Positions 41,254 to 51,063 are shown, counted from the stretch's first letter. The stretch: DNA of 64,000 bases from Candidatus Latescibacterota bacterium (GCA_965248265.1 CBDFJF010000001.1:3008001-3072000), one strand, 5' to 3'. The notes: generated from the letters alone by a model not told the origin. Translations and numbers: made by a program.

Positions 41254-41768
41254 TGGATTCCCTGTTCAGTGGAGAGGCCTCGCTGTGGATCTATGCCATC
41301 GGATTGTTGATTCTGGGCTTCGTGATGATACTGCTGGAGATCTTCGTGATCCCCGGCTTCAATATCTTCGGGATCGCCGGTTTCGCCACGGTGTGCATGG
41401 GGATCTACTTCGCCTATGCCAAACTGGGAACGCAGGCGGCCATCTACGTCGGCCTGGCAGGGATCTTGGGCACGGCGGCGCTGATCTGGTTGCTGGTACG
41501 CAACCGTGCCTGGCAACGGATGGTTCTGCAACGACAGACGGATCGCGCCTCCGGCTACACCTCGGCGCCGGCCAGTCTCGAAGATCTGGTCGCCAGTACC
41601 GGGGTCGCATTGACGCCGCTGCGCCCCGCCGGGCGCGCCCAGTTCGATGAGCAAATAGTCGACGTCGTCACCGAGGGGGATTTCATCGAATCGGGTGACC
41701 CTGTGGAGGTGCTGTCCGTCCACGGTAATCGCATTGTCGTGCATACCGTCGGCGCTGCCCAGGGTTGA
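41250..41768 (+). CDS. Short NfeD-family protein
   Basis: LLEIFVIPGF.IFGI.G, LTPLRPAG, VDVVTEG.FI. Confidence 0.88.
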   Translation: MMDSLFSGEASLWIYAIGLLILGFVMILLEIFVIPGFNIFGIAGFATVCMGIYFAYAKLGTQAAIYVGLAGILGTAALIWLLVRNRAWQRMVLQRQTDRASGYTSAPASLEDLVASTGVALTPLRPAGRAQFDEQIVDVVTEGDFIESGDPVEVLSVHGNRIVVHTVGAAQG

Positions 41769-41861
41769 TGGCGATCACGAAAAAAAAGCGTACACTAAAC
41801 CTGAGTGTATATGGTAGCACACATGCGGCACACGCGGCATCGACACGGGAGTAGGTAGGCT

Positions 41862-42848
41862 ATGGAGGCGCTCTTTTACCTCGCAGTTCTAATCGGGATT
41901 CTTATCGTCCTGGGTCTGTTCACGTACTTCGTTCCGATCGGTCTATGGATCACGGCCTACTTCGCCGGCGTGAAAGTCGGAATCTTCCGCGACCTGGTCG
42001 GAATGCGTTTGCGCAAGGTGCCCCCTGCGGCCATCGTGCGACCGAAGATCAGTGCGGAGAAAGCAGGACTCGACGTCCTCCTGGACCGCATGGAAGCTCA
42101 CTACCTGGCCGGCGGTAATGTCGAAAGCGTGATCCTGGCCTTGATCTCAGCCGACAAGGCCAACATCGACTTGACCTTTGAGCGTGCGACTGCCATCGAC
42201 CTGGCTGGAAGAGATGTGCTGGAAGCGGTACGGGTCAGCGTCAATCCGAAGGTCATCAACACGCCTCTCATCGCGGCGGTGGCCAAAGACGGCATCCAGG
42301 TCAAGGCGACAGCCAGGGTGACGGTGCGTGCCAACATCGATCGGTTGGTTGGCGGCGCCGGCGAGGAGACGATCATCGCCCGTGTGGGTGAAGGCATCGT
42401 GACTACCATAGGTTCGGCTGACACTCACAAGATGGTCTTGGAGAATCCAGACAGCATTTCGAAAACCGTCCTCGGCAAGGGACTGGACTCGGGAACGGCA
42501 TTCGAGATTCTTTCCATTGATGTAGCCGACGTTGATGTTGGAGAGAACATTGGAGCCAAGCTTCAAACCGAGCAGGCCGAGGCGGACCTCAAGATCGCAC
42601 GCGCCAAGGCCGAGGAACGCCGGGCCATGGCCATAGCCAGTGAGCAGGAAATGAGGGCGCTGGTCGAAGAGATGAGCGCGAGGGTGAAGGAAGCCGAGGC
42701 CGACGTACCGCGCGCCATTGCCGAATCGTTTCGCAGCGGTAACCTCGGCATCATGGATTACTACCGCATGCGCAACATTCAGTCCGATACCGATATGAGA
42801 CAGTCGATTTCTGATTCGGATTCGGGTGACGAAACGACACAGGAATAA
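41862..42848 (+). CDS. floA: Flotillin-like protein FloA (YqfA)
   Basis: [61 protein letters not shown]. Confidence 0.95.
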   Translation: MEALFYLAVLIGILIVLGLFTYFVPIGLWITAYFAGVKVGIFRDLVGMRLRKVPPAAIVRPKISAEKAGLDVLLDRMEAHYLAGGNVESVILALISADKANIDLTFERATAIDLAGRDVLEAVRVSVNPKVINTPLIAAVAKDGIQVKATARVTVRANIDRLVGGAGEETIIARVGEGIVTTIGSADTHKMVLENPDSISKTVLGKGLDSGTAFEILSIDVADVDVGENIGAKLQTEQAEADLKIARAKAEERRAMAIASEQEMRALVEEMSARVKEAEADVPRAIAESFRSGNLGIMDYYRMRNIQSDTDMRQSISDSDSGDETTQE

Positions 42849-42854
42849 GTTCGC

Positions 42855-43445
42855 ATGCCCGAGCAGCTACTATTTCTCCTGTTCATCCTCTTCAGCGTTG
42901 TTTCGGCGCTGCTCGAGAGGCGCAAGCGCAAGCGTGCCCAGGAAGAAGCGCAGCGCAGGGAGGCGGGCAGACCCGAGCGTGCCGAGGACGAGCCCGACGA
43001 AGAGGTGCAGGAAGAAGAGCAGCCCTGGCCGTTTCCGATGGGAGGCGATCCGTTCGGATTGCCGCAGTCCCGCCGTTCCTCAACTCGCCGTCCTGCATCC
43101 GACTCCGAAAGCGACCTAGAAGTCGTTGAGGAGGCGTTGCCACCGGGGCGGGAGCGCAAGCCGGGCCTACTGGAGCGACTCACGCGCGAAGCGAGAGAAA
43201 TCGAGCAGCAGGCGAGGTTGGTAGAAACCCAGGTAAAGGAATCGGCGCGACAGATCCAGGAAGTACAACCACGCCGACGAGTCCAGGAGGCAGTCAGGGA
43301 AGAGATGGCGCGCGTACAGGCACAACAGCCACCCACCAGAGCGAAGAAAAAACGCTGGAGGGTTACGGCCTCAAGTGCTCGCGACGCCATCGTTTATGCT
43401 GAGATTCTCGGGCCACCCAAAGCCGAGCGCAAAGAAGAGGAGTAG
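42855..43445 (+). CDS. Hypothetical membrane-anchored protein (YqfB-like position)
   Basis: N-terminal TM, charged middle, C-terminal RDAIVYAEILGPPKA; follows floA. Confidence 0.75.
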   Translation: MPEQLLFLLFILFSVVSALLERRKRKRAQEEAQRREAGRPERAEDEPDEEVQEEEQPWPFPMGGDPFGLPQSRRSSTRRPASDSESDLEVVEEALPPGRERKPGLLERLTREAREIEQQARLVETQVKESARQIQEVQPRRRVQEAVREEMARVQAQQPPTRAKKKRWRVTASSARDAIVYAEILGPPKAERKEEE

Positions 43446-43452
43446 GTTACTC

Positions 43453-43539
43453 GCCGAAGTGGCGGAACTGGTAGACGCGCTGGATTCAAAATCCAGTGTT
43501 CGCAAGGACGTGTGGGTTCGAGTCCCACCTTCGGCACCA
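43453..43539 (+). tRNA. tRNA-Leu(CAA)
   Basis: GCCGAAG/CTTCGGC acceptor, CTGGA-TT-CAA-AA-TCCAG anticodon arm, long variable arm, CCA. Confidence 0.96.
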
Positions 43540-43616
43540 TAGCATTACACAACGATTCAGCATTTCTTGGGCCTCCGGTATGGGGGTCCGTTTTGATTGT
43601 ACAGATACTCGATTCC

Positions 43617-43641
43617 AGCCTCCGACAGGGGGCTTTTTTTT
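43617..43641 (+). terminator. Intrinsic terminator after tRNA-Leu
   Basis: AGCCTCC-GACA-GGGGGCT hairpin followed by a T run. Confidence 0.75.
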
Positions 43642-43753
43642 GCGCGCGAGACGCTCTGACCAAGCAGATCCCGAAGTGAGGTGACATTTCTGGCCATCTG
43701 AGTTGTTTAACTACCCCGAGGGAACAAGACCGGAAATTCAGGAGGCCAGCATC

Positions 43754-44701
43754 ATGAGACGAATCACCACCATACTCGCATCGACTCTGCTAACCGGATT
43801 TGCCGCCGAATCGCAGGCGCAGGCGCCGCCGCGCATCGACGTGGTGTTTCTGCTGGACGCGACCGGCAGCATGGGGGACGAAATCCAGGCGGTCAAAGAC
43901 CGCATCCGGGCAATGATCTCGGACATCGCCCTGGGAGACCCCGCACCGGACGTCCGTTTTGGCATCGTCGCTTACCGAGACCGCGGCGATGACTATACGA
44001 CCAGAGTCTACCCTTTAACACGTGACATCGATTTGATTGTCGACAACCTGGGTGAGATCGAGGCCAACGGCGGTGGCGACTATCCGGAGAGTTTGAACGA
44101 GGGACTACACGTCGCCGTCCATGGGATGGAATGGGACGGGGCCAGTGGTGTCGCCCGGCTCGTCTTCCTCATCGCCGATGCCCCGCCCCACATGGATTAC
44201 GCTGATGATTTCGACTACCGCGATGAGGCACAGCTGGCAGCCCAGTCCGGCATCGTCGTCCACGCCATCGGCGCCAGCGGTCTGGACGAAGAGGGGGAGC
44301 GGGTCTTCAAGGAGATCACGGCGGACACACAAGGTGAGTTTCAGTGGCTCGTCTACGAGAGCCGCTATGTCGCTGAGGATGGCGAAGATGTCATCGTCCG
44401 CGTCGAAGGCAGGGAGGCGACCTACACCAAGGGTGACAGCACCTGGACGGCAGAATCAGGTGGCCCCGTGGCGGGAGGAGGAGTCAGGTCGGAAGGAGGA
44501 CTCGAAACCGATGACGCCGTCCTCGCCTCCGGCGATGGTGGCGCACCCGCCGGTGATGTGACCACCTCGACGAACCTGGACGATCTGATCACTTCTGCAA
44601 TCAAGGACGCAGCAGAGGAGGGAGGTGCCGAGTACGACGGAGATCCAACTGCGGTTGAAGCGGCTTCCTGGGGAGAGTTGAAAGCGGGTATCAGGAGGTA
44701 G
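43754..44701 (+). CDS. Secreted VWA-domain protein with C-terminal 'TAVEAASWGELK' motif
   Basis: Signal peptide; DATGSM MIDAS, YRDRGD, GGGDYPES, ADAPPH; GGAGG RBS. Confidence 0.88.
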   Translation: MRRITTILASTLLTGFAAESQAQAPPRIDVVFLLDATGSMGDEIQAVKDRIRAMISDIALGDPAPDVRFGIVAYRDRGDDYTTRVYPLTRDIDLIVDNLGEIEANGGGDYPESLNEGLHVAVHGMEWDGASGVARLVFLIADAPPHMDYADDFDYRDEAQLAAQSGIVVHAIGASGLDEEGERVFKEITADTQGEFQWLVYESRYVAEDGEDVIVRVEGREATYTKGDSTWTAESGGPVAGGGVRSEGGLETDDAVLASGDGGAPAGDVTTSTNLDDLITSAIKDAAEEGGAEYDGDPTAVEAASWGELKAGIRR

Positions 44702-44706
44702 AGGTC

Positions 44707-47091
44707 ATGCTGAAAATTTATGTGGCTGTTCTGTTGTTGCTGTCGCAGGCAATCGCTCACGGTGATGGCATCATTATCCCGGACCCACCCTTCGAGCCGC
44801 TGGCCATCAAGTACCACCGGGTTCAGGTCGAGATCGACGACCAGACCGCCCATACCGACATCGACCAGGTTTTCTTGAATCCACAGCCGTGGGACGTCGA
44901 AGGCACTTACATCTTTCCGTTGCCGCGCGATGCCAGCTTCTCGGCCTTTTCCATGCACGTGGATGGGGAGGAACTCGCTGCAGAAATACTGCCGGCCGAC
45001 GAGGCGCGACGGATCTACGAGGATATCGTGCGCCAGATGATCGATCCTGCCTTGCTGGAGTACGTCGGACAGGGGGCCTACCGCGCCCGCATCTTTCCGA
45101 TCCCTGCCGAAGGCGAGAAACGGATCGAGCTGTCATACGACGAGATCCTGATCCGAGACTCCGGCATCATCCGCTACGTCTATCCCTTGAACACGGAGAA
45201 GTTCTCGGCCGAACCGCTGGAGGATGTGTCAGTCCAGGTGCGCATCCGCTCTTCGACGCCGATCAAGGCCATCTACTCGCCGTCCCACGACATCATCGTC
45301 GCGCGCGCAGAGGACGACGAACTGGAGGCGACGGTCATCTACGCAGATGAAGGGGTCACGCCGACTCAGGATTTCGTCCTCTACTACACCGTGTCGGAAG
45401 AATCAGTGGGCATCGAAATGCTGACCCACTTTCCGCAGCTGTCCGATGAGGAGGGGGGAGGCTATTACATGCTGCTGGCCGCACCGCAGGCAGAAGCCGT
45501 CGTCGACGTCGTTATCCCCAAGCGCATGGTCTTCGTCTTCGACCGCTCCGGCAGCATGGCAGGAGAAAAGATGGAGCAGGCGCGAGAGGCGCTCAGATTC
45601 GCCATCGTCAGTATGGATGAGGGAGACGAGTTCAACATCGTCGACTACGGCACCACCGTCGAATCCTTTGCCGAAAGTGCGGTCCCGATCGCGGAAATCT
45701 CCAAGGCTACGGCACTCAGCTACATCGACGACATCGAGGCGACGGGCGGCACAAACATCCACGGCGCCCTGGTCGAAGCGGCGCAGATGTTGCACGGGGA
45801 CGAGTTCGCCGAGATGATCATCTTCCTCACCGATGGCAAGCCGACGATTGGCGAAGCCGACCTGGAAACCATTCTCGCCGACGTGTCAGTGGCCAACGCT
45901 GCGCGCGCCCGTCTTTTCGTCTTCGGTGTTGGAGAAGAAGTCAACACCCATCTGTTGGACCGCCTGGCCGGCGACAACGGTGGCGGATCTACCTATGTGA
46001 AACCGAACGAGAACATCGAGGTGGCGGTCTCTTCATTCTACACCAAGGTCAGCAGTCCCGTTCTCACCGACCTGGAATTGGTGATCAGCGGCGGCCGCGC
46101 GCGCGACTATTATCCGCAACAACTGCCGGATCTGTTTCGCGGGTCACAGATCGTTCAGCTGGGCCGGTTGGATGCGGAAGGCAACGTCTCCGTATTACTG
46201 TCCGGCGATATCCTTGGCGAACGCCAGGTCTTCGAGCGCGAAGTCGATCTGACGCGGGGGAGGGGGCCGGAGTTTCTGCCGCGCCTGTGGGCGACGCGCA
46301 AGGTCGGATTCCTGCTGGATCAGATCCGTCTGCACGGTGAGGATGACGAACTCGTCGACGAGATCGTGTTGCTGAGCCGCCGGCATGGCATCATCACGCC
46401 CTACACTTCGTTCCTGATTGTCGAGGATGAGCCGCCATCACCGATCGCGCAGGACGACGCGCTCAGAGCCGAGAGCGGCGCCGAGGCTGTAAACGCAGCC
46501 GAAGACGTGCGGGATTACGCTGACGCCAACACGACGACGCAGGTGCGCTCCCAGGAGGTTCGCTACGTCGGCGACAAGACCTTCTTCCTGCGCGAGGGAT
46601 CTTGGGTGGATAGTCAGTTCGAGGAAGACTTGCAGACGATGACTTACCGCTATGGTTCGAATGCTTATTTCGAGCTGCTGCGTCAGCAACCACACCTGGG
46701 TCGTTACCTGGCCTTGGGTACAGCTGTCGTGCTGCGCAGTGGCGATGAACAGATCCGAATCACGCAGATGACGACGATCGTCGAAGAGGAGGTGGAGGCG
46801 CTGCCACGGACCGCCTCGTTGAAGCAGAACGTCCCCAATCCCTTCAACCCGACCACGATGATCCGTTATGAAGTCATGGACGCTTCGGCGCCGGTGTCAC
46901 TGGCCATTTACGACATCGTCGGCCAGCGAGTGCGACAGCTGGTGCACGCCCGTCGCCGCAACCAAGGGCAACATGAGGTGGTCTGGAACGGACGCAATGA
47001 GGAGGGCGATCTGGTCGCCAACGGGGTGTACCTGTATCAGCTGCGAGCCGGCGAATTCAGGGAAGTGCGTAAAATGGTGCTGGTGAAGTGA
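44707..47091 (+). CDS. Secreted VIT + VWA protein with C-terminal T9SS-CTD/FlgD-Ig-like domain
   Basis: QVFLNP..EGTYIFPLP (VIT), DRSGSM, GGTNI, FLTDG, LWATRKV, TPYTSFL, QNVPNPFNP..WNGRN..G..VANGVYLY. Confidence 0.9.
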   Translation: MLKIYVAVLLLLSQAIAHGDGIIIPDPPFEPLAIKYHRVQVEIDDQTAHTDIDQVFLNPQPWDVEGTYIFPLPRDASFSAFSMHVDGEELAAEILPADEARRIYEDIVRQMIDPALLEYVGQGAYRARIFPIPAEGEKRIELSYDEILIRDSGIIRYVYPLNTEKFSAEPLEDVSVQVRIRSSTPIKAIYSPSHDIIVARAEDDELEATVIYADEGVTPTQDFVLYYTVSEESVGIEMLTHFPQLSDEEGGGYYMLLAAPQAEAVVDVVIPKRMVFVFDRSGSMAGEKMEQAREALRFAIVSMDEGDEFNIVDYGTTVESFAESAVPIAEISKATALSYIDDIEATGGTNIHGALVEAAQMLHGDEFAEMIIFLTDGKPTIGEADLETILADVSVANAARARLFVFGVGEEVNTHLLDRLAGDNGGGSTYVKPNENIEVAVSSFYTKVSSPVLTDLELVISGGRARDYYPQQLPDLFRGSQIVQLGRLDAEGNVSVLLSGDILGERQVFEREVDLTRGRGPEFLPRLWATRKVGFLLDQIRLHGEDDELVDEIVLLSRRHGIITPYTSFLIVEDEPPSPIAQDDALRAESGAEAVNAAEDVRDYADANTTTQVRSQEVRYVGDKTFFLREGSWVDSQFEEDLQTMTYRYGSNAYFELLRQQPHLGRYLALGTAVVLRSGDEQIRITQMTTIVEEEVEALPRTASLKQNVPNPFNPTTMIRYEVMDASAPVSLAIYDIVGQRVRQLVHARRRNQGQHEVVWNGRNEEGDLVANGVYLYQLRAGEFREVRKMVLVK

Positions 47092-47209
47092 CGCGAAGCA
47101 ACGGTGCTCGGGATCAGGAGCAATCGGGGAAACGGGGACGCTGCGAAACGCATCGTGAAGCCACGTCTTCGACAGCATGCTGACAATCGCATTGTCGCGG
47201 TCTCCGTCT

Positions 47210-47599
47210 TCAGTCATCAAAAAGCCCCTCACCACGGGGACGCATGTGCTTGGGCATCTTGGGATCACCGCGCTCGTCCCCTTCCCCCTCACTCTCGCTC
47301 TTACTCGCAGGTTTCTCATCGAACTCAGCCGCCAGGACCTCGATGTCCTCTTTGGTAATCTCGATTCTGCGTAGCAGATCGTCCTTCTGGCGCTCATTGA
47401 AGGAAAGCAGGTCGTTGGCGGACTGACGGCGTTCGGCCTCGAAGCCGAGTTCCGATTTGATGGTGTGCAATTTTTGGCGGATCTCGTCCAGATTCTTCTT
47501 CATGCCACCCAGCATGGCGCTCGTTATCGTCCGCATGGCTACTGCCGCGACGATGAGGACGAGGGCAGTAATGGTGGCATTCTCGACCGAGAAGAGCAT
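47210..47599 (-). CDS. N-terminally anchored coiled-coil protein (subtype B)
   Basis: TM (ITALVLIVAAVAM) followed by a coiled coil and an acidic tail. Confidence 0.78.
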   Translation of the reverse strand: MLFSVENATITALVLIVAAVAMRTITSAMLGGMKKNLDEIRQKLHTIKSELGFEAERRQSANDLLSFNERQKDDLLRRIEITKEDIEVLAAEFDEKPASKSESEGEGDERGDPKMPKHMRPRGEGLFDD

Positions 47600-47768
47600 A
47601 CGCTAAAGGAAGTTCTAAAAAGAAGGTGGCGCCAGCCGGGTTAACATCATCAAGGTCGGCACATTGGGATATCTGCTGACTGCCGCCGGCAGGTTGCGTC
47701 CCTTCTGGTTACAGAGGTATCTTCCAATTCAGAAACAGCACACACCTTGACCGCGACACGGGGGGTCC

Positions 47769-47924
47769 ATGTACGAGGACACGCTGTACAATGCACTGTT
47801 TGACATCGGTTTTTTCGGCAAGCTTTTATTCGCTTTGGGGGTCGTCGCCATCAGTCTCGGCCTGAGTCTTGGGGTCGGCCGCCTGGTCGAAGCAGTTTCA
47901 TCCGCCTTCGGATCCAGCAAGTAG
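47769..47924 (+). CDS. Small membrane protein (51 aa), below the ORF-track cutoff
   Basis: MYEDTLYNALFDIGFFGKLLFALGVVAISLGLSLGVGRLVEAVSSAFGSSK*; G-rich RBS-like run before the ATG. Confidence 0.55.
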   Translation: MYEDTLYNALFDIGFFGKLLFALGVVAISLGLSLGVGRLVEAVSSAFGSSK

Positions 47925-48030
47925 GCCGAATTTCAGCCCGACAAGCACGAACTACTACGTTACAAATACGTTACAAGACCGCATTGGGGCAAATCCCCCA
48001 AGTCACGATAGAACTCGAGTATCCTCGCAG

Positions 48031-48333
48031 TTATCCACACATCAACAGCGATCTCTTCGCTGACCCACAAAGAAAAGTGAAAGTGCTGCCGCCGACCCCC
48101 TAACTCACTGGCGTTCAGGTGGTTGCGGACTCCAAGCTTGTTCATGGCATTATTCTATCTCACGCACAACTCGCTGTGTAACAATTAGTTATGGAAGATG
48201 GCGACGCTTTACCCCTAAACCACATTTTTTGTTGATCTAGCTCTTTTACAACCGTATCATAAATATGAGAGTCGCAATTCTTGCACGTGCATTGGCTCCC
48301 GGTCAAAACCACCGGGAGAGTTAGTTATCCACA
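48031..48333 (+). promoter_or_regulatory. Two perfect DnaA boxes in an AT-rich intergenic region
   Basis: TTATCCACA at 48031-48039 and 48325-48333; degenerate TGTGTAACA at 48175-48183. Confidence 0.55.
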
Positions 48334-48379
48334 TGTTTTCGCCTGTTTTCACCCTTTTTCGAAATGCAGAAGGAGCCTT

Positions 48380-49231
48380 ATGATCGAACCCCTCGGTGAT
48401 AGAGAGAGCTCTCTGCGCTCTTATTTTGACGACATAGCAAGCTCGGAACCCCTTTCCCGAGAGAAGGAAGTAGAACTCGCCGCGCGAATAAAAGACGGCG
48501 ACATGGAAGCCAGGGATGAACTGGTGCAGGCAAATTTGCGCTTCGTAATCGATGTAGCGAAGAACTACCAGAATCGCGGACTCTCATTCGCAGACCTCAT
48601 CAGTGCCGGTAACCTCGGACTCATGACAGCAGCCGAGCGCTTCGACGGCACACGCGGGTACAAATTCATTTCCTACGCAGTTTGGTGGATTCGGCAATCG
48701 ATTCTGCAGACGATCGCCGAACATGTGCGCACGGTGCGCCTGCCGCTCAACAAGCTCAGCCTACTCAAAGACATTTCGAAGGCCTCGCGACGGCTCGGTC
48801 AGGGCCGCGAAGAAGAGCCCGATGTCCAGGAGATAGCTCAAGAGCTCGATTTGCCGGCAGACGTCGTCACCGACGCCATACTCAGTGCCAGACCGGTCAG
48901 CTCGCTTGACGGTACCTTCGAGGACGACGACAAGCGTTCCCTGATGAATGTGCTGGCGGATACCAGCCAAAAGGCTCCGGACACGGATGTCATGCGGGAT
49001 TCTGCCAGGGATCAGCTGGAAAGCGTGTTGGAGAGCCTGGATGAGCGCGAGCAAAAGATCATTCGGCTGTACTTCGGCCTGGATGGCAAGGAAGCACTCA
49101 CGCTCGAGCAAATCGGCAGTTTGATTGGTGTTACGCGCGAGCGCGTGCGGCAGATCAAAGAGCGGGCGTTGAGCAGGTTGCGGCACCCGTCGCGCTACGC
49201 ATTCTTGCAGCTGCTGGTCGAGGAAGTATAG
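48380..49231 (+). CDS. RpoD/RpoS-like sigma70 factor lacking region 1.1
   Basis: LVQANLRFV..VAK.YQNRG..F.DLISAGNLGL..AAERFD..RGYKFISYAVWWIRQSI; TLEQIG..GVTRERVRQI. Confidence 0.93.
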   Translation: MIEPLGDRESSLRSYFDDIASSEPLSREKEVELAARIKDGDMEARDELVQANLRFVIDVAKNYQNRGLSFADLISAGNLGLMTAAERFDGTRGYKFISYAVWWIRQSILQTIAEHVRTVRLPLNKLSLLKDISKASRRLGQGREEEPDVQEIAQELDLPADVVTDAILSARPVSSLDGTFEDDDKRSLMNVLADTSQKAPDTDVMRDSARDQLESVLESLDEREQKIIRLYFGLDGKEALTLEQIGSLIGVTRERVRQIKERALSRLRHPSRYAFLQLLVEEV

Positions 49232-49260
49232 TTCAGCAATAAGACAGAAGGACAAACACA

Positions 49261-49302
49261 GAACGAGCGGAGCGTCATCTGGCGCACCGCTCGTTTCTTT
49301 TT
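49261..49302 (+). terminator. Intrinsic (possibly bidirectional) terminator
   Basis: AACGAGCGG...CCGCTCGTT hairpin followed by TCTTTTT, between convergent genes. Confidence 0.7.
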
Positions 49303-49341
49303 ATGTAATCGAAATTTATAGCTTGGGATGATGCTCCGTGA

Positions 49342-49563
49342 CTACTCAGCAGCGGTCACGACCACGACATCCTGCGCCTGGGGGCCTTTGTCGGACTCCA
49401 TGATTTCGAACTCCACCTGCTGACCTTCGTCAAGGGTGCGGTATCCCTCTCCCCGTATGGAGCTGTAGTGGACGAACACGTCATCGCCACCCTCGCGGAG
49501 AATGAATCCGAACCCTTTCGTCGAATTGAACCACTTCACGGTTCCCGTCAACCGATCGGCCAC
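49342..49563 (-). CDS. Cold-shock protein
   Basis: [27 protein letters not shown]. Confidence 0.95.
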   Translation of the reverse strand: MADRLTGTVKWFNSTKGFGFILREGGDDVFVHYSSIRGEGYRTLDEGQQVEFEIMESDKGPQAQDVVVVTAAE

Positions 49564-49818
49564 GATTGATCACCCCCTATGCTGCGAATTCCGCCGCAGG
49601 GCGTCGGCAAGAGCACCGCGGACGGGACTCAAGTAACAAAGTGCTACATCCTAAAAATAGGACACAAAAAGCGAAAAACAAAGACAAAAGGGGGGCTTTA
49701 CAGAGGGGTATGGAGACAGCAGGCCCTTGTAATTGGCGCCTGTCGATTTACCTTATTGGGGTTCCCGTTTTCTGATTCCAGAACATTCATCATCGCACAC
49801 CGCTACCAACACTCCCCA

Positions 49819-51063
49819 ATGGCCGCACGCATCCTCGTCGTTGAACGCAATCCCAAGATCGGTGGACTGATTGCCGGTCAGTTGCGTGAGAAGGGTTTCG
49901 AAGCCGTGGAGGTGACCCATGGCGCCGAGGCGGCAGTGGAGTTGCGCAAGAAGAAGGCCGATCTGATCCTGATGGACAATCAGGTTCCCATGGGTGGCAT
50001 CAAGACGGCACGCATTCTCCGTCTGCACGAAAAATACAACACCATTCCAGTTGTTCTCGGTTTGCCACCTGACAAAGACGAAGCGCGCGGTGTCATCGAA
50101 GAAGCACAGGGTGCCGGTGTCAGTCACTTCCTGATGAAACCCTTCACCTTGACCTCCCTGCAGAAGAGGCTCGAAGAGGTCCTGGCGATCGATGAGCCAA
50201 TCGAAAAGCCGACACACCAGGAAATCCGCGACGAAATTCGCAACTTGAGCAATCTGCCGGCGATGCCCGCGGCCCACAGCAAACTGCTGACTTTGTTGAG
50301 CAAGGCGGATGAGGAGGTCGACATGCGTCAGGTGTCGGCGACGCTGGAGTTGGATCCAGCTCTATCCGCCAAGGTGATGAAGACCTGTCGCACCGCGTAC
50401 TTCGGTTTTCAGGGAAACATGATGACCCAGGCAGTGGCATTCCTCGGGGTCGCCGTGATCCGGAAGATCGTCCAGTCCGCCATCATCTACAACGTTTTCG
50501 GCGGTGATGAAGCAGCCAAAACAGCGCCACCGGGGCTGAGCATGGGTGACTTGTGGCGGCACTCCCTGGCCACCGGCATGGCGATGGAGGTTATCGGCAA
50601 GGCAGACAAGAAGAAGACCCACTTCCTGCTCGGGGTCCTCCATGACATCGGCAAGGCGGTCTTTCTGTTCCGATTCACCGACCACTACGCAAAGGTGCTG
50701 GAGCTCGTCGAGAAGGAGAACTGTTCCATACTGCAGGCGGAACTGGACCTGCTCGGCATATCACACGCGGATTGCGGCGGTGAACTGGCCATCCACTGGG
50801 ACCTACCCGGGGAGGTGCGAACGGCCATCACCTCTCATCACTCGCCAGGCCAATCGACTCAGCACAAGAGACTGGCGGCCATGGTGCACATCGCCGACAT
50901 CGCCGTGCGTACGATGAACATCGGCAGCGGTGGTGATCCTCTGATTCCGCAGATGGATCCGTACGCCAAACGACTACAGAAAAGCGTCGAGGAGATCGTC
51001 GAAAACCAGAACGATATCGTCAGTCAAGTTGACAGTATCCTCGGTGTCGATGACGAAGACTGA
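49819..51063 (+). CDS. Response-regulator receiver + HDOD-domain protein
   Basis: RILVVE..DLILMD..P..KPF receiver; LPAMP, DPALSAKV, LWRHS, LHDIGK, HADCGGELA.HW. Confidence 0.9.
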   Translation: MAARILVVERNPKIGGLIAGQLREKGFEAVEVTHGAEAAVELRKKKADLILMDNQVPMGGIKTARILRLHEKYNTIPVVLGLPPDKDEARGVIEEAQGAGVSHFLMKPFTLTSLQKRLEEVLAIDEPIEKPTHQEIRDEIRNLSNLPAMPAAHSKLLTLLSKADEEVDMRQVSATLELDPALSAKVMKTCRTAYFGFQGNMMTQAVAFLGVAVIRKIVQSAIIYNVFGGDEAAKTAPPGLSMGDLWRHSLATGMAMEVIGKADKKKTHFLLGVLHDIGKAVFLFRFTDHYAKVLELVEKENCSILQAELDLLGISHADCGGELAIHWDLPGEVRTAITSHHSPGQSTQHKRLAAMVHIADIAVRTMNIGSGGDPLIPQMDPYAKRLQKSVEEIVENQNDIVSQVDSILGVDDED

